From Phyllosticta citribraziliensis (taxonomy: Eukaryota): a DNA stretch of 64,000 nt. The stretch lies in the NCBI RefSeq assembly GCF_038025025.1, contig NW_027117340.1:1488001-1552000 (forward strand), given 5' to 3'. Of this stretch, positions 27,101 to 37,855 are shown in pieces; position 1 is the first letter of the stretch; every line of letters starts with the position of its first letter. A program made the translations under genes and the position numbers. A model generated the notes under the pieces. The model was not told where the DNA came from. It did not search any database and saw only the letters and a program-made list of their open reading frames with translations.

Positions 27101-27285
27101 AGTGACGTCACTAAAGCGACGTCCGGTCCCGTCGGGTCCCATTGATCGGTGGGTGAAGTGGGTCCGGTGACTCTTGACGCGTCTCCCGGGCCCGGACCTC
27201 GTCGCGTCTTCCGGCCATCCCGTTCTTCACGCGAAGGACCCAATCGAGGCCGTCTCTACACTTTTCGCATCTTTTCCTTCGCGTC
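27101..27285 (+). promoter_or_regulatory. MutL-gene promoter with CRE palindrome and MCB-like boxes
   Basis: AGTGACGTCACT at 27101-27112 and ACGCGT at 27177-27182. Further CGCG cores lie at ~27203, ~27230 and ~27280, all within 240 nt of ATG 27340. Confidence 0.5.
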
Positions 27286-27339
27286 AATCATTTCGGCATG
27301 GGACCCTCTTAGAGGCAATCGTCCAAGTCGACCGGAACC

Positions 27340-30300
27340 ATGGCGGCCTACGATGCTCTGACGCCACCAACTACTATGCACGCTTTGCCGCCTGAGACCA
27401 GCAGTGTCCTTACATCCGCACAGCTTCTGACATCACCAACGGCCGTCGCCAAAGAGCTCATTGACAATGCCCTCGATGCCCACGCAACGTCGCTGGCCCT
27501 CGAAATCTCGGCTAACACCATCGACCTGATCCAACTTCGTGACAATGGCCACGGCATACCCCCAGCCGACCGCCCACTCGCTGCGCGACGCCACTGCACG
27601 TCCAAGATTCGTTCCCTCGCCGACGTGGCGCGCCTCGGAGGCACGAGCCTAGGGTTCCGCGGCGAAGCGCTGGCCGCGGTGGCCGAGAGCGCAGGAACGC
27701 TCCAAATCATCACACGGGTAGCGGGCGAGACGGTTGGAGCTGTCATGGAGATTGGCAAAGATGGCGAGCTCAAGGGGCAGCCGGGCCACAAGAGCCATCC
27801 GGTGGGGACAACGGTGACGGCAAAGCGCTTTTTCGATAGGTTTCCCGTTCGCAAACAGGCGGCGTTGAAGCACGCGGACAGATTCATCGGACAGATCAAG
27901 AAACTGATGATGGCGTACGCTATGGCGAGGCCGGAGGTGCGGTTTCAGCTCAAAATCGTCAAGGGAAAGGGCAAAGCCAGTGCTGCCAGGGGCGACTGGG
28001 TCTACGCGCCAAGTCCTGGAAAGACTTCTATGCAGGACGCCTGCTTGAAGGTCTTTGGTGTTGGCTGCTCGAACCAGTGCATTCTAGTGGTGTCTGAAGA
28101 TGAGGGCTTCGTGGTCGAGGGCTTGGTACCGAAAACGGACAGTGATGCGACCAAAATTGTCGGCATCGGGCAATTCGTGAGTGTTGACTCGAGGCCGGTT
28201 GCTACATCAAAAGGAACACTGAAAAAGGTCGCCGAACTTTTCAAAGAGCGGTTGAAGAGCAGTGGAAAGGCTTTTGAAGGTCTCAGGGATCCATTTCTGC
28301 GCTTGGACATCAAGTGTCCGCCGGAAGCCTACGACCCGAACGTCGAGCCGGCAAAGGATGACGTCTTGTTCGTGGACTCTGGCCTGGTCTTACGGGTTGT
28401 GGAAACCTTTTTCAAAAAGGCTTTGCCGGATAAACAACAAGAAGAACTCACGCAACAACTCTCGGAGACTGCCGGAGATTTCGAAATGGACTTGCTTGAG
28501 AGCCTCCCTTCGCCAGATACCCCTGGGCTGAGGAGATTACCGTGGCAGGTGGACATTTCAAGGAGCCCATCTCAAGAGCAAACACCTCCGAATGGCTTCA
28601 CACTTCCGATACGTTCTGACCAGAGTACCAAAGCTCCAATTGTCGTTCCAATTGATCAGGACGAAAACATGGATGAACATATGCAGGACGAAGCGATGTG
28701 CAGAAAGGGATTCATAGTCCCGATACGATCAGACTATGGTATCGACCCCTCAAAGCTTGTTCTCTTCGACCAGAGCAAAGAAGTGGATGAACTCAGCCTT
28801 CTCTATGAGCGCCAGATCTTACTGGGCTCCCGTGTGGCAACGCCGTCCTCTGAATCAAGCCACACCATTGCCGAATCTGACCACTGTACTCCAGAACCTA
28901 GTGCTGACGACGGTGACCCTTGCAGAGCTGAAGAGCAAGATGGCATCAGTGATCGACCCCTGAAAAGAAGACGGACCTGGAAATTTAACATGTTCGACTT
29001 CGACATGGAAGATCATCCACAGGAGAATACTGTCTTTCCGGGTCCGCCTGAGCCTCAGGAAGTAGACATGGACGATGTTGGAGGTCAGAACAGTGGCGTC
29101 GTTCTGTCAAATCCATGGACGATGGCCAAGATGAACACGCCTACGACGAGGAGTAGTCCAGTCTCACTTCTCTCACAGCGACCAACGCCCTTAGGGGAAA
29201 GGTCGCCAGCGCGAGTGAATGCTCCACCTAACACACCAAGATTTTCCTCCCCGCTGAGAAATGTACAGCTTCCAAGTCCAGAAACGTCATCGCCCCCCAA
29301 GCAAACTGATCATGCTCGAGACGACTCCGAGGTGGAGCAAAGCATCAGACGTTCTCGACGGTCTTCGGAAACCCCACGTGAGCATCAATCCATACGAGTG
29401 TCACCCTCAAGCCCTGCTCGACCAGGAAATCAGAACAGTGGCTTTCAGCCCACGAGCGGCTTCGTGGCAATCAACCGTCCCACAAACAGAACTGATATTC
29501 GCAATGACAGCTCATTACCAACTCAGCAACAGCAACCAGAAAATCGCCGGAAGCGTCCTGCTGGCCGCGTGAACAAGCCTTTTAAGTCCCCAATTGTTCA
29601 CCAAAATCCCACAATGTCAGCAACCACGAACTCGAGGCGAGCAGGCAAACGTGTAAATCCCCAATCTTTCGTTCCCGAATGGCAAGGCAACGGCATGCGT
29701 CACAACTCTGCCGATGGTCCAGATCCCATCTTTAACGATCCTGAGAGTGAGCCGAATCATGACATTCGGAACTTCATGACTGAAAGAATGAGAGGGCGCC
29801 AGGCTCCCGCAGTCACACCGCCTGTTATAGATCAGAATTATACTTTTGATCAAGTACCGCAGGTTGCAAGACAGACGAGGAACTCACTGGCGGCTGCTTC
29901 ACCACTGAACTCGACAGATTCAGATCACCAAGAAAATCGAACACCCCTGAGCGAGGCCCAAAGCCCAAGGAGAGTATCCGACAGAACAGAACGACCGCAG
30001 AAGCCTGACGAATCATCAGCCCAACACGGGCAGCGCCTCGGAGAACCTTCACCACACGCACAAGGTCTCCCAACGCGACAACTACGACCTCGCCCTGCAA
30101 GTAACAACGCAACCACAGAACAAAGCCCTTCTGATGAAGACCGTGGTTCCACGTCTGCCCGTCGTTCTTCCAACCGCCGCCGTAAACGCACCAGGACCAA
30201 GTCGCGCACCGCTCACGTACCACTGCAGCGCACCCCCAGCGGAGCGCGATTGCAAAACCTGCACCTCACGCTGAATTCTGGCAGTATCTCCAGCATCGCT

Positions 30301-30615
30301 GCTGATTTGCGGAGACTTGACCCGCAGCTCGATTACCCCGACTATACGCAGGATGCAGAAGAGGCATACGACTGTTTCGCGCGCGAGGAACTGCGTCGTG
30401 CCGATCCAGACACTGTGACGGCGCTGGCAGCGAGACTGAGAACGTGCGTGCAGAAAGTTGGGGCGAAGGAAGACCGTGGTGTTGTTGATGTGGAGGTGTT
30501 CGAGGAAGTGGTTGCAGCGGCTTTGTCGCGCGAGAGGAGGGAGGAGAGTGAAGAGGGCGCTTCTGGTGAGAGCGTTGGAGCGACAGAGGATGACGAGATG
30601 ATTTTCATTGACTGA
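27340..30615 (+). CDS. MLH2: MutL-family mismatch-repair protein, Mlh2-like (no endonuclease motif)
   Basis: GHKL ATPase motifs KELIDNALDA, DNGHGI, TSKI, SLGFRGEALA and GTTV; transducer domain YDPNVEPAKDDVLF. A long disordered region follows, with no DQHA(X)2E(X)4E and no Mlh1 FERC terminus. Confidence 0.8.
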   Translation: MAAYDALTPPTTMHALPPETSSVLTSAQLLTSPTAVAKELIDNALDAHATSLALEISANTIDLIQLRDNGHGIPPADRPLAARRHCTSKIRSLADVARLGGTSLGFRGEALAAVAESAGTLQIITRVAGETVGAVMEIGKDGELKGQPGHKSHPVGTTVTAKRFFDRFPVRKQAALKHADRFIGQIKKLMMAYAMARPEVRFQLKIVKGKGKASAARGDWVYAPSPGKTSMQDACLKVFGVGCSNQCILVVSEDEGFVVEGLVPKTDSDATKIVGIGQFVSVDSRPVATSKGTLKKVAELFKERLKSSGKAFEGLRDPFLRLDIKCPPEAYDPNVEPAKDDVLFVDSGLVLRVVETFFKKALPDKQQEELTQQLSETAGDFEMDLLESLPSPDTPGLRRLPWQVDISRSPSQEQTPPNGFTLPIRSDQSTKAPIVVPIDQDENMDEHMQDEAMCRKGFIVPIRSDYGIDPSKLVLFDQSKEVDELSLLYERQILLGSRVATPSSESSHTIAESDHCTPEPSADDGDPCRAEEQDGISDRPLKRRRTWKFNMFDFDMEDHPQENTVFPGPPEPQEVDMDDVGGQNSGVVLSNPWTMAKMNTPTTRSSPVSLLSQRPTPLGERSPARVNAPPNTPRFSSPLRNVQLPSPETSSPPKQTDHARDDSEVEQSIRRSRRSSETPREHQSIRVSPSSPARPGNQNSGFQPTSGFVAINRPTNRTDIRNDSSLPTQQQQPENRRKRPAGRVNKPFKSPIVHQNPTMSATTNSRRAGKRVNPQSFVPEWQGNGMRHNSADGPDPIFNDPESEPNHDIRNFMTERMRGRQAPAVTPPVIDQNYTFDQVPQVARQTRNSLAAASPLNSTDSDHQENRTPLSEAQSPRRVSDRTERPQKPDESSAQHGQRLGEPSPHAQGLPTRQLRPRPASNNATTEQSPSDEDRGSTSARRSSNRRRKRTRTKSRTAHVPLQRTPSGARLQNLHLTLNSGSISSIAADLRRLDPQLDYPDYTQDAEEAYDCFAREELRRADPDTVTALAARLRTCVQKVGAKEDRGVVDVEVFEEVVAAALSRERREESEEGASGESVGATEDDEMIFID

Positions 30616-31413
30616 GGCTCAGGGCTTGCTGCGAGTAGTGTGGCTACGTGACGGTTTTAAGTGCTGTAGGTTTGTTTGCTGGCTGATACTTGCAGGTTTT
30701 GTACGGTGCTATGTTGCTGACAGGGCGGTCTGGTCTATTTGCTCTTCTTCCAAAACCAGGGCGTTGCAGCGTGTTGGCTCTGGACACTTCTGCTATTTTT
30801 GCTCTTCGCTAGATACCACATTTTTTTTTGCAAAAGGTATGATATTGCCTCAACGTGGACCTTGTCGGTCTTCCAACTCTCACGTCGGTACCTTACCTGG
30901 TCGTCCCATCTCGAACATTTCTTTCTTCTCGACTTGCCGAAAGGCACTTTGAGCTTTGTCTTCCAGTCTTTCTTTGTTCATTGATGATCACATTCTCATC
31001 TCCAGCGCCCATTTCGATCGACACATGGACAAAAGGCTTGTTTACCACCATCGACCTTCCTAATCGGGTCATCAATAGCCAACGCCCACATCGTTCTCTA
31101 GAATCCAGAACGCTACCCGTCTTTGTGCGTTCTGCGTGTCATGCATGCACTTCGAGGTGAGTTCTATTTTAAGCATCGTTACTTTTCAGCATGGCTATAA
31201 AGCGATGATCCTGTCAGGGCATCTACTTGTCTCTTCTTCATCTTCACCGATCTTCGTCTGTTATCGACAGTGAGCCAGTTGACTGCTCCTCTGCCTACCT
31301 TTACACTCATTTCAAACCCCACACACTCTTTCTGCTGCAGTAAACAAGCTCCACAACCTCGACTTGACAAAGCAAGACAGACCAAATTACACACTCCATT
31401 TGACCAAGCAAAC

Positions 31414-31878
31414 ATGTACACCAAAGCGCTCATCAGCGTCGCTCTCGTCGCGCTCGCCGCGTCCGTATCGGCCGCTCCCGCCCCTGCTGCCGACGTTGTC
31501 GTCCCGGGAGACTACATCACGGAGGACGCCGCGCCCGCGCTCCCGCTCAACACCACCGACGCCGTCAGTGGCGAGGAGCAGCACACGCACGACAAGCGCA
31601 CGCCGCCTATCAAGCTGTACTTCTGCGACAAGCAGAACTGGAAGGGTCGCTGCATCGAGAAGCAGTTCACGCCGGGCTACTGCTACAACCTGGGCAACGC
31701 CTGGAACGACCAGATGGCGTCCGTCGGCCCTGAGCTGTACGGCGCGTGTACGCTGTATGACACCAACTACTGCCGTGGCAAGTCTGTCAGCATCTTCAAC
31801 CCTGGTACCCCCAACTTGGGCGCGTATGGAATGGGCCGCCGCGTCACCAGTCTCAAGTGTTTCCCGTGGTCGCCTTGA
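31414..31878 (+). CDS. Small secreted Cys-rich protein with beta/gamma-crystallin-like domain (effector or killer-toxin-like candidate), 154 aa
   Basis: Signal peptide MYTKALISVALVALAASVSA and a pro-region ending in Kex2 site DKR. The mature region LYFCDKQNWKGRC...CYNL...WNDQMASV...CTLY...C...VTSLKC has 6 Cys. Confidence 0.75.
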   Translation: MYTKALISVALVALAASVSAAPAPAADVVVPGDYITEDAAPALPLNTTDAVSGEEQHTHDKRTPPIKLYFCDKQNWKGRCIEKQFTPGYCYNLGNAWNDQMASVGPELYGACTLYDTNYCRGKSVSIFNPGTPNLGAYGMGRRVTSLKCFPWSP

Positions 31879-32545
31879 TAGCTGAGGGACGGGATGATCT
31901 GTTTGGAGAGGAGGGAAGATGTGGCGTTTGTCTTTTGGCTTGTTGTTGAAATTGGGGTCTTTGGCGCAAGAGGAGGATGTTTGTGAGGATTTGTGTTCTG
32001 CCATTTTGTGAGCAAATGAGAAGAGCATTTAAATAGAGAATTGCATGCTTCCTGCTTCCATCATTTGAGGGCTCTCCAAAGTGCTATACTTCTTACCTGG
32101 CCTTTGGGAAAAGGTGCTCTCTGAGCGGTCCTTTCAGAGACTTCGAGGACCTCGGATTTCGTATACTCAGGGGGCACTGGTGAAGTTGGTGACTGATCTT
32201 TGACCTTTGCCTCTAGCGACAGTGTAATATCCTCAGATGAACATGCAGAGGCGTGAAGCGGCCCCCCAAGCACGTGGACCTTTGATCCGCGCCATTCCAC
32301 TTACGGAAATCTGGGTAGAAAGGACTCCACGAGGCCACGAGGAGCCTGCGCCTGCCTCCGGCGACACATCTTCCGTCGCTAGCGCGCTCGCTTAACGCTC
32401 TCACGAACTTGCCTGTATTTAATCGTCGTCGACGGTGTTGTGCTGTCAACTCTTCACCACATCCCTCCGTCCTTTCTGGATTCGGCCCCTTGCGCTCGAA
32501 GCCTTCCGTTCGCTCACCCTCTCACCGAATCGCTCACTTCCAAGC

Positions 32546-33556
32546 ATGAAGCTGTGCATGGTTCTCGCCTTGGTCGCGATGGCGCTTCCGGCCATCGCTG
32601 ATTCTGCGTTCAACACTGTCACCTCTGACTTGACCCTGCCGTCCCATGTCATCGAAAATGTGGTCACTCCTTCTGAGCTCTTCCTCGCTGGCATCGTCCC
32701 CGACACGTCTTCCCCTGGTACCGAATCTATGCTTGATCAGAACACCGAAGATGGTAAATCGCCTCACCTCACTCAGGAGCTCAAGCTGACGCATGTTCAA
32801 GGCAAGATCCTCAGCTTCTCGCCTATTCCCTCGATCCAAGTTGCGGGCTTGCTCCAGTTCAAGGGCCTCGGTCAAGTCTCGTCTGCTCCTGCCATCCCCA
32901 AGCGCGACGAGATGTCTTCCATGAGCGCCGACGGTACCTCTCTGCTCGAGAACTCGACCACCCTGACCACGCTCTTGGCTGCTGAGAACGGCACGACTAC
33001 CACCGTGGCGTCGGCAACCTGGGTCGACGTGGCCGTGACTCCCACCGCCTCGAGCAGTGCCGCCGGCAAGCTCGTCGTCGGCGTTGGCCGCCCAGACACC
33101 CCGACCACTCTCACCCATACCGTTTCAATGACGATCGGATGCGGACCAACCAACACCTTGGCCTTGGAGACTGTGACGGCGGTGTACAAGCACATGACGA
33201 CGGCCTTCTGGACGCTCTACTACCCAGGCATGAAGCAGGCGATGCTCATCTCGACCGCGTCCACCAGCACCTCGACCACCATGTTCGAGACCTCCTCCTT
33301 CAATGACTCGTCGCTTACGACTGCTCCCATCGCCGCGTTCACGGAGGAGCCCGTTGTCCTCACCACTGTGGGCATGGACCCGATCTACACGATCACGGTG
33401 GTCCAGGAAGGCACGTTCAACGTCGAGGGTGGACGTCGCATGCACTGGGCGACCACTGCGGAGGAGACCATGACGGCGTCGGTCTGGCCCTTTTCGGCCA
33501 GCAGCGTGACCATTCCAGCTGTCGCGACTTTCCCGGCTGAGACGGAGACGGCGTAA
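32546..33556 (+). CDS. Secreted Ser/Thr-rich protein of unknown function
   Basis: Signal peptide MKLCMVLALVAMALPAIA, Thr/Ser-rich body and strong coding-type C-ending codon bias. Probable in-frame 48-nt intron at 32754-32801 (GTAAAT...CTGAC...AAG). Confidence 0.7.
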   Translation: MKLCMVLALVAMALPAIADSAFNTVTSDLTLPSHVIENVVTPSELFLAGIVPDTSSPGTESMLDQNTEDGKSPHLTQELKLTHVQGKILSFSPIPSIQVAGLLQFKGLGQVSSAPAIPKRDEMSSMSADGTSLLENSTTLTTLLAAENGTTTTVASATWVDVAVTPTASSSAAGKLVVGVGRPDTPTTLTHTVSMTIGCGPTNTLALETVTAVYKHMTTAFWTLYYPGMKQAMLISTASTSTSTTMFETSSFNDSSLTTAPIAAFTEEPVVLTTVGMDPIYTITVVQEGTFNVEGGRRMHWATTAEETMTASVWPFSASSVTIPAVATFPAETETA

Positions 33557-34150
33557 AGAGAGTCTGGTGATGGATGTCTGAGGTACTTTGATTTGTCCCA
33601 GGTGGGCCTTACGAATGGCGGTTAGCTAGCTTGCTGAATGGAGTAACAACGTAGGTTTCTTACGTGCCCAATTCTGATGCTACGTGACTGGATGTCAATG
33701 TGCGGGGTCTTGTGGCCTTGAGGAGCATTCCTGTCTCCTAGCATTGCCTGATCAAGGAGCTTTCGTACTTACTGATATTTCTCGACGGTGCAAGGCGTGA
33801 ATGCTCCAAGCGGTTTCTAGGTATCATTGGGGAACATGAGATGAGTTGAGAGTAGCTGAAGAAAAGAAAATGAGCCACTGAGGCTATATGCACTGCAGAT
33901 GGGGTCTATGAGTCAAGCAGTTCTCTCAATTCCCTCGGCATTGAATTGACGCTGTCTACCCGTAATCAAGACTCTACTACATCACAAACAGTCCCTGACC
34001 TACCTGTCCCCTACCACTTCCAGCAGATGAACCTATTCAACACGAGGTTCGTCACTCATCGACAGCACGGCCCTGTAAAAATTCTAAATATCTTCAGCTG
34101 TCCGATCCACCCGACCCACCATATCCATCAGCAGCACCAAACACGCAAAA

Positions 34151-34925
34151 TCAAGACTGGAAGCGAGCTGGGTAGTTTGCGTCGCCCATGCGCGGCGGGG
34201 GCTGCTCGCAGGGGATGGAGCCGTTCTTGAGCTGCTCGTGCTTGAGGCGTTGCGCCTCGTAGTTTTCGCGCTCGTAGTGCTCGACGACCTTGGACAGGTC
34301 GATGTTGAAGCCGGCGGGGACGTTGAAAGGGGAGCCCGTGTTGAACATTCTGGATAACCAAAATCAGCAACGCTTCCTTCGCTTTCTTCTTCTCGTTTTG
34401 ACAGTGTCTGGTGGTGAATGGGACGGCGGTGTTTGCTGAGCACGTACTCGGGCGTCCGCAGGGTGTGGTAGCCGTGGGGCTTGGAGTTGAAGAAGAGGTT
34501 CTTGTCGAAGCCGGCCTGCGTCTGGAAGCGCGTGTGCAGAACGTGGTCGGCCAAGTTCTGTTCCTTCCAGTCGCCGTAGTAGTCGATGGTGCGCGTCAGC
34601 CACGGCAGCTTGCCCTCCTTATCTGGCTGCGCCAGTTTGTGTATGCCCCAGGAGACGGGGATGAGCCCGACTACCAGCCAGAAACCTGTCTGTTGCGCCA
34701 CGCGCCGTCAGCTATAGCTCGCCCCCTTCCTCTGCTTCCTTCCCAGGGGTATGTCTGCGCAAGGGCCGAGTGGGAACGGGGACGTACGCCAATGGGCTCG
34801 TCGGCGGGGACATCATGGTGGGCGTGCGAGGAGTGGGAGTCGTGAGCGAGGCGGCGGGGTTGGCGTGCGAGCTGCACACGGACAGTCTGCGCAGCTCGAG
34901 TGGCGTTGCGGCGGACGGCGAACAT
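34151..34925 (-). CDS. nuo-17.8: NADH:ubiquinone oxidoreductase 17.8-kDa accessory subunit, mitochondrial
   Basis: Presequence MFAVRRNATRAAQTVRVQLARQPRR; introns 34787-34690 and 34447-34350. One transmembrane helix, then QAGFDKNLF...PEMFNTGSPFNVPAG...DLSKVVEHY. Confidence 0.85.
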
Positions 34926-35457
34926 GATGCCTTGGAAGTTGGTGATGCCTCCAATGGCCAAACGGGTGAGGTTGGAGCTGGCGGTGACGCTATTCGTCGG
35001 GTGTCGTCGACGGGGCCCCGGATCGGGCGCATCACGGGCCGAAGCTCGGGCCAACTCGAGGTGGAATTTCGACCGCTCACGAGGCTCTGAATTTGCATTT
35101 CATCAGCATCAACTCCATCTGAGCTTTGAAGTCGCCGAGCATCCCCCGCAAAATTCTTCTGCTTCCACTTGATCTGTCTTTGCAATTTCGTGGCCCCGGT
35201 GAACGGAGTATCCGCATGGTTGGGCTTCGGAAAGTTTCAGCCCGCTGTCAATGTCTGCACCATCAGCCTCCACCGAAATCACCAAAATCGTCACATCCTG
35301 ACCAAATCTACGGCGGCCATGACCTCTCCGTGGCACTTGCGAATGATCACCAAAATCCGGGGTTCTCCATTGAAGATTTTGTTTGGCCACGGCTAAATCC
35401 AAACACCAAACAGAAAGCGCGCCATCCCAAGAATAAATATCCAAATGAACGGCAAAC

Positions 35458-36595
35458 TCAAGCAACAGCGACAGGATTTCCCGCCGTTGCGCCCACGGCC
35501 TTCTCAATGCCTTGTTTCTTCTGCGACTCCTTCCACTTCTCAGCCCTCCCGTAGCTCTCCCGATAGCTCCCGCCAACAGCTTCCTCGACCGTGATTGGCG
35601 GGTACTTGGCCTGTTCGTCTTCGGCCTTGCAGTTGGGCAGACAATCAATGACATAATCCGGGTTTCCCGAAAAGAAGACCGGAATGCTGTACCGCTCCTT
35701 GCCGGAGCGGTTGATGACGCGGTGCAAGTTGCTGATGTAGCGGTCGTTGCTCCAGCGCATCATCAGGTTGCCCAGGTTGACGACAAAGGCGCCCGGCACG
35801 GGCATGACGTCGAACCACTGTTGGACGTCTTTGTCCCAGACCTGGAGGCCGTCGACCTCGTCTTGCATCAGCACCGTCACGGCGCCAAAGTCCGTGTGCG
35901 CACCGATGCCGCGCCGCAGCTTCTCCTCGCCGTCGCCCTTCTCCGTCGGCGGGTAGTGCAGAAGGCGCATTGTGGCCACTGCCCCGTCGCTGAAGCGCCC
36001 GAAGTAACTCTCGTCAAGATCCAGCGTCAGCGCCAGCACTTTGAGAATGTCCTTGGCCAGCGACACCACGGCGTGGTAGTAGGACATGCACGTCGTCTTG
36101 AAATCCTCAACTTCTGCAAGCAGCTCCTCCGAAGGCCATGCGTTGGGGCCTGAGTTGAGCTTCTTGTTCACGTGGTAAGGGTGCGTCTTGGGGATCTCCT
36201 CGCCAATATAGAAGCCCTCTTTCAACTCGGGCAGCGTGCCCTCTTCGAGGATCTGAGAGCGGAGCAGCTCGTAGCCGCGGTTCCAGGTGTTGAGATCTAT
36301 CAACACATCAGCACCGCATGTTGCATTTTGCATGAAAACGTGATCTGGCAATACCTTTCCCCACGCTCTTCTTGACCTCCAATGGCAAATCGAAAAAGCG
36401 CTTGTTCCACTGCATGACCTTCTGCTGCAGCTCAACGGGCACGGGGTGGTTTATGATCTGGAAAAACCCATTATGCAAGCAGCAGTCGCGCACCTGGTCG
36501 ACTAGCTTCTTTTTGGCCGCCAGGTCCTCCGAGTAGAAGACTGAGAAGTCGAGCAGCGGCGGGCTGCGCGCGGTGTTGGGCTCAGAAGACGCCAT
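35458..36595 (-). CDS. hxnY: 2-oxoglutarate/Fe(II) dioxygenase (IPNS-like); HxnY orthologue by context
   Basis: ATG at 36595; intron 36354-36297. Motifs PLLDFS...NGFFQIINH, HTDFG (HxD), SNLHRV and ERYS (RxS). First gene of the hxn-like cluster. Confidence 0.8.
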
Positions 36596-37855
36596 GACGA
36601 TGACGGTGCGTATGAAGGTAATGTGCGTGCTACAGCAGTAGAAAGATGGTACAAGCCAACTGAATTCCGGTCAAATCCGCGTCAGGTAAAACAGCTCGAA
36701 GTTGTTGTCTCGTCCGTCCGTCGTCCTAGATCGTTTTTCGCCGGACTGTCGCCTTGATATCCAACAAACGGGAATGAATACCAGCACGCTCGCACTTATT
36801 TGACCACACTATTACCCAACGCGTGACTGATCGGTCTCCCATCATTGAACTGGCCAGATAGTCGGCCGCGCTCGCGCGTTCGCTGCTGTGTCAGCAAAAC
36901 GCAACCCACCTTCAACCTGACCCCTGCACACCCATCCATTGTTGTCCACCTCGAGATACGCGACACCCCTGCTCCTGCTGCTCCCCGCAACACAGGAACA
37001 CGGCGCGCTCAGCAGCAGAGGCGGCCAAGAGTGGGATGAACTCGAGCACCCTCCACCCACCCTTTCCCCGCCCCCATTCTTGATAGCCCTAAGCAGCCCG
37101 CATCCGAGCTTGGGATCCCGGCCACCCTCTCGATGCTTGGTCCCTGTTGAGCTAGCAAACTCGCTTACTTCTTAGGGCAGTTGCCGTAAGTGGCAGCTGT
37201 TTGCTCGCGATCTCATACGGTTTTCCTGAGACTTTCTGTTCAATTTTCGATCCTCACGTCTCGGTCATTGCGCGAGACGAGACGAGACGAGATGACGCAT
37301 GTGCCGCGATTGCCGTGCGACCTTGAATGTATCTACATGTACTGGTACCTCCAGGGGTACCGGCTTGGCGCCTCCTATGCCTCGCGAGGTATATTTGTGA
37401 CGAACCTGGGATTTGGTTGTCTTGAGCAATTCAAAGATACTCTTTTGACTTCTCTCTATTTGGCTCCCAAGGCCATATGCTCCTCGACTGGCAGCGGGCT
37501 ACCGAATGGGAGTCGGATCGGTGGGCTAGCCGATGACATCGTCGGCTAGGGAATGGACTGGAATTTTGCTTCGGAAGAAGGGTCCATTCGACGAGGTGCC
37601 TCCGGCAGGGAGAACAAGCTCTCCGCGGAAGAGGTCCTTGTGGCATTCAATGAAGATTTGCTAACACTCTGGTCCGTGAACTCAGGAAAGTGACAAATAG
37701 AGGGGTGCTTGATTGAAGAATCTTTTGATCGTCGCTATTGACTGATATTTTGGTGCCGTTTAATGTCCGAAGCCATGCTTCAAGAGAGAAAAGATCTAAA
37801 ACCCGACCCGTCCTCCATGCTACATGTAGTCTCCAAATAGCAAAGAATTGTCTAT

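Noticed and set aside
14755..30615. A meiosis/cell-cycle gene cluster (polo kinase, Spo16 candidate, Sin3, Mlh2)
   Set aside because: The genes are interspersed with OPA3, share no evident regulatory motif, and one call is tentative. Probably ordinary synteny.
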